UHGV virus genome: UHGV-0060833
From: a virus
Length of the DNA: 64,000 nt
Strand: one strand, 5' to 3'
Both the position numbers and the translations under genes were made by a program. This document shows positions 47,501 to 58,787 of the stretch, piece by piece (position 1 is the first letter of the stretch; each line of letters starts with the position of its first letter). Below the pieces are notes generated by a model. It did not search any database. It was not told where the DNA came from and was given only the letters and a program-made list of their open reading frames with translations.

Positions 47501-48289
47501 GGTCCCGTTTGCGTCAAAAGTACCGGTAGGCAAGCGGTGGGCACCAAGAAATTCAGCTTTCCGTGATAGGCGCAGGCGTAACCGCTTCATGTTTGAACCT
47601 GAAACAATGGACGGCGGCACAATCACGCACATGAATCCGCCTGGCTTTATCTTGTCCAGCATGCGGAGCATGAAGTAAGAACCCATGTCCGTTTCTTCTG
47701 CGTAAGGCTTATCGATGTTGCGTGTGTTATCACGACCACCGAACGGAACGTTACCCACAACATGGTCGAATGAATCGTTAGGCGTGCTTACAGCCAGTTG
47801 TTCGAACGGGGAAATCTGTACGCTGTCTTCCGGATGTAACAGCTGGTTTATACGACCGGAAACACTGCTGATCTCAGTCGCGGTCATCACCGTGCCAACC
47901 GGTTTTGTCTCATTAAAAACGCCGGTGCCCGCCGATGGTTCCAGAGTGTTACCTACGTCCGCGCCGTAGAGCTTCATGATCTCCCAGACACCTTCAGCTA
48001 TCGGCTTTGGTGTGTAATATTCGGAGACGGACCCGCCAATGCCGCCTTCACCAGTGTACCCAGCCAGGATCTGGCGCTGTTCATCTGTCAGTGTCGCGCC
48101 GTCCACCAGCGAATTAAGCAAATCTATCGCCTTCTGATTCGCCTCACGGCGCAGTCGGTCATAGCTTTTGCCTTCCACCTTTTCCACGCCGTATTTAATC
48201 GGCGCTCGGTGAGATGTTATTGCCCTAATGTATTTCAATATTTCGCTGACACTTGAACAGCGAAACACCCCCATAGATAGCTTGTTCAT
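41522..48289 (-). CDS. darB: DarB antirestriction protein: N6-adenine methyltransferase domain fused to SF2 helicase
   Basis: 2255 aa; N-terminal EPSAGTGVF and GNVPFGG MTase motifs; central helicase motifs GFGTGLGKTTTAL and ADEGHNYRN. Confidence 0.85.
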   Translation of the reverse strand: MNKLSMGVFRCSSVSEILKYIRAITSHRAPIKYGVEKVEGKSYDRLRREANQKAIDLLNSLVDGATLTDEQRQILAGYTGEGGIGGSVSEYYTPKPIAEGVWEIMKLYGADVGNTLEPSAGTGVFNETKPVGTVMTATEISSVSGRINQLLHPEDSVQISPFEQLAVSTPNDSFDHVVGNVPFGGRDNTRNIDKPYAEETDMGSYFMLRMLDKIKPGGFMCVIVPPSIVSGSNMKRLRLRLSRKAEFLGAHRLPTGTFDANGTSTVVDVVLMRKHPAEMAEKIPLVDEGTLESANVLWPTFISGKWFEKDGRRFVHGTQEKGFQGRIEVRADGQIDNQALKAKLIHRFESRIDWSLLDMAEPSPTADVVDEGEMRLINGVWQKYAGGRWIEADAGKELKIDVASYGADSWEALQRNLTTTEGRLGMTFTQMANVRDKYTTSISDDMVQLVDWINSQPEKYRERLYRGAMIGRMLIEYQDMKAAGHSAEQIEQQRLSLVSRLQAEIDRFGNPGRGPIAKLSGSGARAWFAFRGAIKLDGTISDELTGKLVTHDSSASYDSTSYQDTLRYLYSDLTRDPIQLDDFRLAFTGELPASDDELLNLLASTPGIAVSPYGGIVPFARATSGDINEIVAPKQEFLATLPDGPVKNNVLNQLAAIEEKRIKTPAENIRFKLNSRWFDRSVILEFLQENGYPDLRYVQSVQLEGDEMVSDTYHGGDGLFVGHRYGVVQRKDKETGEIRYEWDRKSGENATGFPAQLEKYLNGARIGGKDSATANGYREQMALLEDQFNKWIKTHDRYDELVAKYNDVFNSNIPYEHSGDPLGLKGLSGKRQPFDYQNSEVRRLSEDGRGILGFGTGLGKTTTALALEAFNYENGRSTRTAYVVPKSVLENWYYEAKEFLSEEAFSNYLFVGLDVLMDGDQIRQVPVLDENGKPVLGTDGTPVMRDALKLADEATITARMNAIPHSNYRAVVFTKEQYARIPLRDDTVDEHAQDMLYDFVAAGRVASAMDSDSHRKEAARRRVLSEYSDTGTEKAEKYPYFEDMGFDSVIADEGHNYRNSYKNGREASQLAYLPTSAVAQSARDMAIKNAYLMKKNGGRGPVLLTATPVVNTPIDAYNMLSHVLPKEYWQNMGIYGPDDFVKFFGKTRLETVQKISGEVEEKMALVGFENLDALRGIFHRWVTLKTAEDVKDTVEIPELDEHQQDAPLTEEQLAAYEELRQQAEAAAKANNGVTTSVNEDGVIEHEKARPIFSIIRDMDRVCTDMDLYYRRITYRFLPEYADAVQQLADSLPKQATSEDDDSDDSITQQSQYSLIDKGEFIQLQVPEAFEQEVNKRLARFGIDEQTVTHPVTPKYAKLIATLKEFFPEGKQIIFTDEKTQHQKLKRIICNALNLEPSKVGILNAQTVAEAGKTGKKLKAVKPPKELPDEPTDAQIAKYNEQMALYDAYIAQQNEMSLGGLEKIAADFQEGRTPIIICNKKAEVGINLHRGTTDIHHLTLPWTPASIAQRNGRGARVGSNRASVRVHYYCGKGSFDEYRLKTLKRKAGWISDILRSDKSEMENADANDMIEMQMYTAKDDGERLAMMQVQMDKAKAAKRARQKEQATIDLQNYIKAQHAAGEDVEVLTAELERSKAELEKTTAEVAKFKQAAMAKAADNADWKARWGSVHHTDRMLLAQYRASLKSAIQRKANISQAISRYEKLLNRTQKAATDIKRLRPLVEDAINKGILDVDPDLVNHANEFLVIGDRSWRVGQYYDCAGDIVRIKSLDFDSQRADVESIFTLRGTKSGNWDVKTLDKQVDVTPDEDAVMQKISGGVSIAGINDIISCDDFYRFQQRGMIKITDSYGVQTTESGYSIDFVGTYTDPLKHAVYPDRRDGALKSSIAKWVLGMMSEGNNRQIRSAETFLVELFGSNYGDVIASYGDTLSPEAIQEKIADAIARMPEKTSQGSTRNGDSELEVTNAIFGTNEFRASDYEITTAQFGTIGIYSNKDEIKQAMDAANARIAAEREANLNHAVAALTQSWVTAIREAATTGKITPAIADVVNDGSKFMDAYQMDAVQLPSAYGQLSYRMTYNLVSMFSDLAILGLVDLNEVTPELLSMRKNHVEILQRINTVLAGRTDEEKQADADRINLALGNITEEEIAARNEKQEELSSIQGDATSIAQSLGLNYHVSTADLKMMYAPKFAAGEVFGLQEASGMKGVLFRAKDAIKAKFGARWLPAKAKNSDFPGNWWIIETKHNVADVLAVIQQYA

Positions 48290-48356
48290 TGGTAATCCTT
48301 AACAAGTGACTAGTGTTAAATTTCCGTTCAAACACGATGCGAATTATTCTAATTAA

Positions 48357-51087
<2,731 letters not shown>

Positions 51088-51098
51088 CCACCAAAAAT

Positions 51099-51120
51099 AA
51101 CCCCGGCGGCTGCCGGGGTT
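51099..51120. terminator. Bidirectional terminator between pro and the lyz operon
   Basis: AACCCCGGC-GGCT-GCCGGGGTT hairpin with A/T runs on both sides. Confidence 0.6.
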
Positions 51121-51131
51121 ATCGTTAACTA

Positions 51132-51386
51132 TTATCGCTTTCGCCTGCGTGCCATATATTTGCGCACCGCGCGGCGTGGACAATCTGAAGCGGTTTCTTT
51201 CTGCTGCATCAATCTCGCAGCCATGCTCAAAAATGTCAGGCACAGCCGAAGCCCGGCATACAATAGCGGTTCCAGTGGCCACGTTTCATTAAGCACATAT
51301 ACCGCCATGAAAATCGAGTCGAAAACTATCGCTGCCAGCGATAACTTCATTGTCGAAAGTCTGCGGAGCTGCCGGAGTTTATTCAT
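51132..51386 (-). CDS. Small two-TM membrane protein downstream of lyz (holin/antiholin-like topology)
   Basis: 84 aa; two hydrophobic segments (LSLAAIVFDSIFMAVYVL, LLYAGLRLCLTFLSMAA) and strongly basic C-terminus; start overlaps lyz stop. Confidence 0.45.
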   Translation of the reverse strand: MNKLRQLRRLSTMKLSLAAIVFDSIFMAVYVLNETWPLEPLLYAGLRLCLTFLSMAARLMQQKETASDCPRRAVRKYMARRRKR

Positions 51387-51936
51387 TGACCAGTCCCGTC
51401 AGGCAAAGCTGGCGTTCTTTTTCACGGCGAATCTTTAAACCTCGCAGGGGCACGCCGTTACTGTTCACAAAATCAGGGAGATGGTTACACATATTCACCC
51501 ATTCCCCTTTCTGCGCCCACTTGTGGATGGACGTTTCGACTCGCATGCCTCGCGCTTTGCTGTAGTAGGTCCGTAAGCTATTGCATCCCATATTGAATGC
51601 CGCGCTTGTCATTGCACTAAAGGCATTATCGGGCATGTCTTTGCCCCGGAAGTGCTGATTAATACAGCGTTCAGCGATCAGGATATTCTTTTCCCAATCA
51701 GCGGCGATTTGCTGGTCGGTTTTTCGCACACCCGGCGTTACCCCGTGTGTATTACCGATCCCGTCAGTCCATACCCCCGCCGGGCACATGTATGGATCAC
51801 GTCGGCAACCTTCAGCGTTACCAATCAGCTCAAGCCCCGCCTGGTTGGTTCGCACATTGCCATTACCCATTACGATGGTAATCATCACCGCGATAGCGCA
51901 AATTGCACCGCCTCCTGCGGCTGTTTTTCCCTTCAT
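51379..51936 (-). CDS. lyz: SAR endolysin (T4-lysozyme-like muramidase with N-terminal signal-anchor-release domain)
   Basis: 185 aa; SAR segment AAGGGAICAIAVMITIVMGNG; catalytic block IGNAEGCRRDPYMCPAGVWTDGIGNTHG. Confidence 0.85.
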   Translation of the reverse strand: MKGKTAAGGGAICAIAVMITIVMGNGNVRTNQAGLELIGNAEGCRRDPYMCPAGVWTDGIGNTHGVTPGVRKTDQQIAADWEKNILIAERCINQHFRGKDMPDNAFSAMTSAAFNMGCNSLRTYYSKARGMRVETSIHKWAQKGEWVNMCNHLPDFVNSNGVPLRGLKIRREKERQLCLTGLVNE

Positions 51937-52068
51937 AAAGACCTCATAAGCGAATTTTTACGCTCCAGGACAAACACCCATTCACAGCCAATACCGACTG
52001 ACTCGATCCCTTTAGAAGGCACAGGATAATGCAAATCACTTGTTAGCTACGTTTCAAAGATATACATT

Positions 52069-52085
52069 ATTGCTCTAATCATTTT
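52069..52085 (+). promoter_or_regulatory. C1 operator-like site upstream of ssb
   Basis: ATTGCTCTAATCATTTT, 20 bp before ssb start. Confidence 0.65.
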
Positions 52086-52104
52086 ATTTTATTAGGTAAG
52101 ATAA

Positions 52105-52593
52105 GTGGCACAACGCGGTGTAAACAAAGTCATCCTGATTGGTACCCTGGGGCAAGACCCGGAGATCAGGTATATACCAAATGGCGGAGCGGTCGGAAGA
52201 CTAAGCATCGCAACAAATGAATCATGGCGCGACAAGCAAACGGGCCAACAGAAAGAGCAGACAGAATGGCATAGAGTCGTTTTGTTCGGGAAACTTGCTG
52301 AAATTGCGAGTGAGTATTTACGAAAAGGTTCTCAGGTCTACATCGAAGGGAAACTTAAAACCCGTAAGTGGACAGATGACGCCGGTGTAGAACGTTACAC
52401 GACGGAAATTATCGTCAGCCAGGGCGGCACCATGCAAATGATCGGCGCTCGCCGTGACGATTCACAGTCCTCAAATGGCTGGGGGCAATCGAACCAACCT
52501 CAAAACCACCAGCAATACAGTGGTGGCGGTAAACCTCAGAGCAACGCCAATAACGAACCTCCAATGGACTTTGACGACGATATTCCGTTTTAG
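52105..52593 (+). CDS. ssb: Single-stranded DNA-binding protein
   Basis: 162 aa; OB-fold N-terminus ([43 protein letters not shown]), Gly/Gln-rich linker, C-terminal DFDDDIPF. Confidence 0.95.
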   Translation: MAQRGVNKVILIGTLGQDPEIRYIPNGGAVGRLSIATNESWRDKQTGQQKEQTEWHRVVLFGKLAEIASEYLRKGSQVYIEGKLKTRKWTDDAGVERYTTEIIVSQGGTMQMIGARRDDSQSSNGWGQSNQPQNHQQYSGGGKPQSNANNEPPMDFDDDIPF

Positions 52594-52795
52594 AGTTTAT
52601 GAGTAAAAAACGACTGAAAGAAAAGCGGTGGTCAAGACGCCGACAAAAGCACGAACTCGCAAAAAAACGCCAAAGTTGGCAATGGCACGCGCTTTTCACG
52701 AAAAGAACACCCCGAGATATTGCTTTCGCTGGTGGGAAAACATTCCTGACCCACCTGAAGGCGCAATACATCAGTTTTTAAGCAGAGAAAAGACT

Positions 52796-53590
52796 ATGAC
52801 AGCACAAAATACTAAAACAATTCAATACCGCCTGCGTAATGGCCAGAGTGTCGAAGTGACCATCAATAATGATGGTGTACCTGGCGAAAAGGTTTCGATC
52901 TCTGATCTGGCTATCGAAAAAACCATCATGTGCCACCTTGGCTTTACTGAAGAAGTGAGCAAAAAGCATGGTGTAGCTATCTGGCGCACAATGGATACTG
53001 GCATGCGCAGATTCATTACTGCTCGTACCCCTGGTATGACCATGATGGACCTCATACAGATTGCGCCGCTGTTTGAGTGTGAACCTTTGGATGTATTCAG
53101 CAATCCAGCTATCTGCCAGCAGTTATATGGTGAGATGAAACTCGCGGTTACCCCCATTGTGCTGCATGAAGGATCGCTTGCTGGCGTATGGAAAGTAGAG
53201 CGAATTTCAAGCTACATGCCATTCCACATCCATGTCAACGGCGTAATCGCAGGTGAAAATCAACCTGTTTCAGTTACAAAGTCAGACCTCAATCGCGCAA
53301 TTCTTGAAGCAAGTTGTCGAGTTATCGGCCTGGGCAAACAGTCTTATGTTTCCTTCCCGGCTGGTCCTGAAGGCCCGGCAGAAATTCTGATTATGGATGC
53401 TGATCTGCTCTGGCAAATACAGTTTCTGATTGGCAAAAGCATCATCCGCGCTGAAGAACTCGATCAGTACATTACCTGCACGATGACGGATGAAGTCAAA
53501 AGTGTGGCTATAGCCAATGCCCGGAACCTGTGTCGTGCTGCATTAACAGAACCGCAAGAAAACATTCCAGAAGAAACAGAAAGTGACTAA
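52796..53590 (+). CDS. Hypothetical protein downstream of ssb
   Basis: 264 aa from MTAQNTKTIQYRL; an upstream GTG/ATG start inside ORF 52628..53590 is possible. Confidence 0.5.
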   Translation: MTAQNTKTIQYRLRNGQSVEVTINNDGVPGEKVSISDLAIEKTIMCHLGFTEEVSKKHGVAIWRTMDTGMRRFITARTPGMTMMDLIQIAPLFECEPLDVFSNPAICQQLYGEMKLAVTPIVLHEGSLAGVWKVERISSYMPFHIHVNGVIAGENQPVSVTKSDLNRAILEASCRVIGLGKQSYVSFPAGPEGPAEILIMDADLLWQIQFLIGKSIIRAEELDQYITCTMTDEVKSVAIANARNLCRAALTEPQENIPEETESD

Positions 53591-53596
53591 TAAAAA

Positions 53597-53614
53597 CCCC
53601 GTCAGTTGGCGGGG
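53597..53614 (-). terminator. Minus-oriented terminator immediately upstream of the HipA-like gene
   Basis: CCCCGTC-AGTT-GGCGGGG hairpin preceded on plus strand by TAATAAAAA. Confidence 0.5.
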
Positions 53615-53787
53615 AACTCCACGTCAAATGGCCAATTGTTATGTCAGCTAGCAGTTAAAGCGCCTAGTCATCATCTTTTAAAGAAGTCTTTTTAACTTAC
53701 CTAAATTAGTGACACCTCCCGTTTTGCTTGCTATTGTACGCATTCATGAATCTATTCATTAATCTATTCACAATAGTAATTAAAACT

Positions 53788-55092
53788 ATGGCTATACATG
53801 CAACAACAATCCGTAATTTGCTCAATCAAGGTCCTATGACACCAAGACAATTGGTTGAAAGACTAAGTGTTAGCCAACCAACGATATCTAGAGCATTAAG
53901 AGATCTTGGTGATGAAATCGTTAGGATCGGAAATGGAAGATCTATTCAATATGCTTTACGAGACTCTTTTAGAGGATTCGAATCAGTCCCCATTTATCGT
54001 ATAACTGAAGAGGGGTGTATTTGCGTTCTTGGTACTCTCATTCCGGTGAGGCCAGAAGGCTATGTTATGGTTGAGGAAGGGAAAAATAACAGGCATAGCG
54101 ATGGGTTACCTTGGTGGTTATTTGATATGCGTCCACAAGGCTTCCTTGGAAGAGCATATGCATCAGCATATGCTCTTGAACTTAACCTTCCCTCAAATCC
54201 AGAGCAATGGTCAGATACTGACGTGATCAAAGCCTTACTTAAGCATGGGCATGATGTTGTTGGTAATTTGTTAATTGGAGAGCAAGCACGCACGCATTTT
54301 TTAGAGATGCAGCCTCCTGTTCCTGTTAATCGTGAAAGTGAATATCCTGTATTAGCTTTAGCTGCTGGTGAAGGTGATGTGCCCGGTTCATCTGCTGGAG
54401 GTGAACAACCCAAATTTTGTACTTTCACAGAGCGTGGACATGTATTAGTGAAATTCTCTGCGCCTAACGACACCCCTATAAGTGAGCGTTGGAGAGATCT
54501 CTTGTTTGCTGAACATCTCGCATTAAAAGTTCTGGGGGTAGAAACAGAAGTTTTTGATTATAACGGTCAGAGATTCTTGGAAATTCCCCGATTTGATCGT
54601 GTTGGTCAACTAGGTCGGGTAGGTGTATTCTCACTTCGTGCACTTGATGCAGAATTTGTTGGGAATGCAAGAGCAACATGGCCCTTGCTGGTTAAAGAGT
54701 TGGTAAAAAATAAGTGCGTCCATCCTGATGCGATTATTATAGCAACAAGGCTATGGTCTTTTGGTTTGCTAATAGGCAATACCGATATGCATAATGGTAA
54801 CCTATCGTTTATTAGTAGCCACGGACGCCCATATCATATTGCTCCAGCCTATGACATGTTACCTATGGGTTTTGCTCCACGCTCTGGGGGAGCAATATCT
54901 AATGAGCTTAGAAAAACAGCACTACCAGACTTTGTAAGTCGAAAAATATGGGATGAATCTCTTGAATTGGCTGAAAAATTTTATGCATTGGCCTGTGAGT
55001 CCGACAAATTCTCAGCTAACTTTACTCCATGTTTAGAAGCGCTACGCATCCACCTAGATGATTGTAAGATACGCATAGCCCGCCTGGCATAA
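53788..55092 (+). CDS. HipA-like Ser/Thr kinase with N-terminal winged-HTH (YjjJ/HipH-like)
   Basis: HTH MTPRQLVERLSVSQPTISRALRDL; HipA-like GDVPGSSAGGEQPKF and catalytic-loop-like IGNTDMHNGNLSF; by-eye GC lower than flanks. Start may be 53746 or 53728. Confidence 0.75.
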   Translation: MAIHATTIRNLLNQGPMTPRQLVERLSVSQPTISRALRDLGDEIVRIGNGRSIQYALRDSFRGFESVPIYRITEEGCICVLGTLIPVRPEGYVMVEEGKNNRHSDGLPWWLFDMRPQGFLGRAYASAYALELNLPSNPEQWSDTDVIKALLKHGHDVVGNLLIGEQARTHFLEMQPPVPVNRESEYPVLALAAGEGDVPGSSAGGEQPKFCTFTERGHVLVKFSAPNDTPISERWRDLLFAEHLALKVLGVETEVFDYNGQRFLEIPRFDRVGQLGRVGVFSLRALDAEFVGNARATWPLLVKELVKNKCVHPDAIIIATRLWSFGLLIGNTDMHNGNLSFISSHGRPYHIAPAYDMLPMGFAPRSGGAISNELRKTALPDFVSRKIWDESLELAEKFYALACESDKFSANFTPCLEALRIHLDDCKIRIARLA

Positions 55093-55098
55093 ACAACA

Positions 55099-55120
55099 AA
55101 TCCCGCCGATTGGCGGGATT
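55099..55120. terminator. Bidirectional terminator between HipA-like gene and the end of the darA operon
   Basis: AATCCCGCC-GATT-GGCGGGATT perfect 9-bp stem with T-rich flanks on both strands. Confidence 0.7.
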
Positions 55121-55123
55121 TCT

Positions 55124-55432
55124 TCAATATACGATCTGGTCTGCATGATCACCAAAATCATCGTCGTCGTCCTCATCGCCACCATCTACTGCTGGCCAAT
55201 CAACAAACCAGCCAGCGTAAAGATGCAGCGTTCGGAGAACATCACTTGCGGGAGCATCAAGGGTGTTAACGAATCCCATATAGCTATTGGGATTTGCCCC
55301 AGCTATGGCTTCAGCGATCATGTCCTCGGTAATGTCACCGGAGATAATGCTTAAACGCCCGGAAACTTCTTCATTATCATCAAATTCGATAATGGCATCT
55401 CCGCCTAATGGCGCTGCGATTTTAATCTGCAT
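55124..55432 (-). CDS. Small acidic protein, last gene of the darA operon
   Basis: 102 aa with poly-Asp tail; start overlaps ddrB stop. Confidence 0.5.
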   Translation of the reverse strand: MQIKIAAPLGGDAIIEFDDNEEVSGRLSIISGDITEDMIAEAIAGANPNSYMGFVNTLDAPASDVLRTLHLYAGWFVDWPAVDGGDEDDDDDFGDHADQIVY

Positions 55433-58409
55433 TATTTAGCTCCTTTGCCACACCTAATAACAGTTCCAGCAATCCGTCACCATTCATCAGTGATGCGGCA
55501 GCGGCCTCTTTGTCATGATACAACTGAAGAGCCATAGAGAATACTTCCGTTGCTGACGTTTTGGAAATAGTCGGTGATTTCTGCCGAATTTTCCCGGTGT
55601 TACTTACTGAGGCTGGCGGGTATACCTTCGCCATATAAATATTACTCAATCGAGATCTGAAGCACCATTCAGGCTTGCCACGCCCACCGATATTAACGAA
55701 AGATGGCTTATCCCCTTCAACATTGGCCTTCAGGAATGACCGGGCTTTCTCTAACAAACCAGGGTTACTGTACTCAAGATGATGACCCAGCTCGTGCCAC
55801 AGTGCACTTGCATTTTCATCGTTCAAATTGACAGCAACAACACCATTAAGATTTGCATATGCCCTTCCCTGGTGGTGAACCACCTTTGATAAGGTCGATA
55901 TTTTCCCGCCGGTCAGGCGATAAATATCAGCAAGTTCCTTGCGCAGGTCTATCCCACCACTCTGTCCAGCGCGGGCTTCTTCCACTTCTTCCGTGATAAA
56001 AGAGTCGGCCCACTCAAGAGCTTTTTCTTCAGATACGGATGAGTTGGCTATCGCACTATTCATGGCAGATAACACTTTCTCGTGGACCGAACCCATACTT
56101 CGCTGATTCATTTGCCAGCGTGTCTGCGGGTTATATGAGAATCGCTTAAGTAGTTGGTCAAGATGCTCAAGTTCTTCTTCGCTGACATACTTTTTAGCCT
56201 CACCAATAATGTCGGGGAGAATATTGCCGTTAGGATTAAACGCTCGCGAAAGGAAGAGTTTCAGCGCCCCCATGCCCTCCGATGCTTCAATATCACCAAT
56301 AACACGGTTAACAATGGCCGCACTCTTCGGATTAGCATCCGCCAACGCTCTGGCTACGATTTGCAGGGACGATACGACCTCACGCTGCATATCCGTCCTG
56401 ATCTCATCAATAAACTCTGGCGTTATGCCGTGCTCTTTAAGGATATCCCTGCCTTCCGCCGTTACCCCATCGATATCACCGACATGTTTATTAACCTGAC
56501 TTTGCAATGCCTTAAATGCCTTCAGAATTCCACGGGCATCATCAGCTTTACTAACGGCCTTCCTGAATGCTGGCAAGAAGTCAGAGTTAACCTCATTTTG
56601 TTGATCGGCCCACTGAATGGAGGCTTCTTTCATCTCGTCCAGAGTCAGATCACCCAACGCGGTATGGTCTGTGAATATGAGCGACAACCTCTGAACCATT
56701 TCTGCCAATGGTGATGCCGAATGCGCCGCGCTAAGGAATGCTTTCACCCTGGTTGGGCGAATGGAAAACCAGTCAATAGCTGGTGGCATATCTCCGTTTT
56801 TTATCGCCTGCGCTATCTCGTCAAAGCCATCGCGCCCAAGGGAGGATGCGTGATTTAACAAGCCGCGAAGTAACGAATTGCTGATACCGAATAATCGGCA
56901 CCATTTTTTCACGTCGGCAACAGGCATTCGAACAAAATGCGCAAGCACTTGTACAAGCTGTTCATCCTGGGGATCTGTGCGGGAAAGCAGCCTGATCAGA
57001 TGAATAATGTCTTTGATGCCGGATGCCCGATGTAATAGCAAACTGGTATACGGAGCAACACCGTTGTAACTACCGCCGGAAACGGACTCGAAAAGACCGC
57101 CGGATATCCCTTGCATGCCTTCGTTTTCCAGTTCCTGAGACACCTGGCGAAGGATATCCTGTAACGACACATCACCACCGCCAAACATATCCCCCAGCGC
57201 CTGGCCCTGGTGCTGTAACTCATCATTGATACGTTGAGCCATCAATTTAAAGGCGGTGGCCATACGCTTTGCGCTACGGTTATTCGCGACGATGAACAAC
57301 GCGAGCGCTTTCACTTCCGGGGCTGTTTCGCTGAACATATCCCCCTGAGCAATAACATCGATAATATGTTGGCCTGACTCCTTCGATTGCCTTACCAGGT
57401 CTACCGCATCTTTCAATGCCGCCAGCGCCTTTTTATCGAGACTATCCGCTGTCTCAATACCATCAACAATAGTTGTCACAGCCTGCTTGTGCGCTTCTCC
57501 TGATAAAGCCTGCATCTGGACAAAATCATTGGCTGCCGCATTAAGCGCCGTCAGAACATTACGCATATCCGGATCAGGTTCTTCTGCAACCATCCTTACC
57601 AGGCGCGCATCCTTATATGCCTTGGCAAAGATCGCGTTTTGTATACGGTCTACAAGTTGCCGTGTTGGTCGCCCATCTTCCGTTACAAGGCCAGCAGCCT
57701 GTGTGGCACCAACTTGCGTCATGAATCCGCGAATAAACGCGTCATTACTGCGGCTAAGCAGATCTCCGCTTTCTGATGGGTTAAACAGCGCCATCATCGC
57801 CGGAGTTATGCTGTCAGCATCAACAAAAGCCTTTTCACTGGCTGCCATTTCCTGAAGATCAGAAATATTTGAGTCCTTGGCAAACTGAACGCGGTCAACC
57901 TTAGTTAACCGGCGGCGCACCAGTACCGGAGCCGCCATTGATTCAACCTTTTCAGGTCGTATGCCGAATTCGGTCGCATGATCAATCAGGTACTCACGAT
58001 ACCGATCCGCATTGCCGTCCTGATAGGCTTTGATGATCCCCATGGTCCGTCCATTACCTGACTCAACGGCATTGTCCTCACCAATTATCGGCGCGCCATG
58101 GCTGGATAAACCGGAATCGGTAAGCTGGGCAGGACGCAAATCCTTGGATATCTGGTTGACCTGAAGAAGACTGGATGCGCGGGTCCGGTCGCGCGGCTGA
58201 AGTTCCTGGGGATAGTCAGGGTTAATTTTCCCGTCCAGAGTATTGGATACCAAAAGAGCTGAGGCATCGACGATATCAAACGCTGTTTTTACCTCGTCTC
58301 CCTTCGCTGTCACCACATACGAAACCCGCCCGTAATTGGGCAGGTTTTTTAGCAGCTCGATCAGCGTTTCTATGCTGGTGGCCATTACCACCTGATCGCT
58401 TAAGCTCAT
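55422..58409 (-). CDS. ddrB: Large darA-operon protein (P1 ddrB position)
   Basis: 995-aa ORF following ddrA/darA on the minus strand; name by operon position. Confidence 0.6.
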   Translation of the reverse strand: MSLSDQVVMATSIETLIELLKNLPNYGRVSYVVTAKGDEVKTAFDIVDASALLVSNTLDGKINPDYPQELQPRDRTRASSLLQVNQISKDLRPAQLTDSGLSSHGAPIIGEDNAVESGNGRTMGIIKAYQDGNADRYREYLIDHATEFGIRPEKVESMAAPVLVRRRLTKVDRVQFAKDSNISDLQEMAASEKAFVDADSITPAMMALFNPSESGDLLSRSNDAFIRGFMTQVGATQAAGLVTEDGRPTRQLVDRIQNAIFAKAYKDARLVRMVAEEPDPDMRNVLTALNAAANDFVQMQALSGEAHKQAVTTIVDGIETADSLDKKALAALKDAVDLVRQSKESGQHIIDVIAQGDMFSETAPEVKALALFIVANNRSAKRMATAFKLMAQRINDELQHQGQALGDMFGGGDVSLQDILRQVSQELENEGMQGISGGLFESVSGGSYNGVAPYTSLLLHRASGIKDIIHLIRLLSRTDPQDEQLVQVLAHFVRMPVADVKKWCRLFGISNSLLRGLLNHASSLGRDGFDEIAQAIKNGDMPPAIDWFSIRPTRVKAFLSAAHSASPLAEMVQRLSLIFTDHTALGDLTLDEMKEASIQWADQQNEVNSDFLPAFRKAVSKADDARGILKAFKALQSQVNKHVGDIDGVTAEGRDILKEHGITPEFIDEIRTDMQREVVSSLQIVARALADANPKSAAIVNRVIGDIEASEGMGALKLFLSRAFNPNGNILPDIIGEAKKYVSEEELEHLDQLLKRFSYNPQTRWQMNQRSMGSVHEKVLSAMNSAIANSSVSEEKALEWADSFITEEVEEARAGQSGGIDLRKELADIYRLTGGKISTLSKVVHHQGRAYANLNGVVAVNLNDENASALWHELGHHLEYSNPGLLEKARSFLKANVEGDKPSFVNIGGRGKPEWCFRSRLSNIYMAKVYPPASVSNTGKIRQKSPTISKTSATEVFSMALQLYHDKEAAAASLMNGDGLLELLLGVAKELNNAD

Positions 58410-58421
58410 CCCTGTTACGCC

Positions 58422-58787
58422 TTACTCTGCCTCTTTAATGTTGGCGGCTATCCATGCCGCCGTGTGCTGTTTAACCTGGTCCAGATCGATGTATGTGCCA
58501 ACATATTGACTCAAGTCCTGCAACGTACCGATAAATGCATCGGTGCTCTGATCGACGAATTTATCAGCCAGGAAATCAGCAACCAGTTTTGGCACACCAT
58601 CATGTACCGAAGGTTGTTTTTCCTCGCCACTACTGCCGCCGGACACACCGTACCCCATCTGTTGCATGATCTGGTCAATTTCATCGCTGATATCCAGCAA
58701 CTCCATGCCACTCGCGGTAGCCGCTTTGGACATCAGAGCATCCAACTTATCGCTGAGATCCATTAACTCAATAGCTGATAGTGTCAT
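58422..58787 (-). CDS. ddrA: Small acidic darA-operon protein (P1 ddrA position)
   Basis: 121-aa ORF overlapping darA stop. Confidence 0.55.
   Translation of the reverse strand: MTLSAIELMDLSDKLDALMSKAATASGMELLDISDEIDQIMQQMGYGVSGGSSGEEKQPSVHDGVPKLVADFLADKFVDQSTDAFIGTLQDLSQYVGTYIDLDQVKQHTAAWIAANIKEAE

Noticed and set aside
41653-48289. Many 60-180-aa ORFs on the plus strand and alternative frames inside darB (e.g. 44555..45088, 45817..46320, 46024..46245)
   Set aside because: All lie antisense or out of frame within the continuous 2255-aa darB reading frame and have Arg/Cys-rich junk composition.
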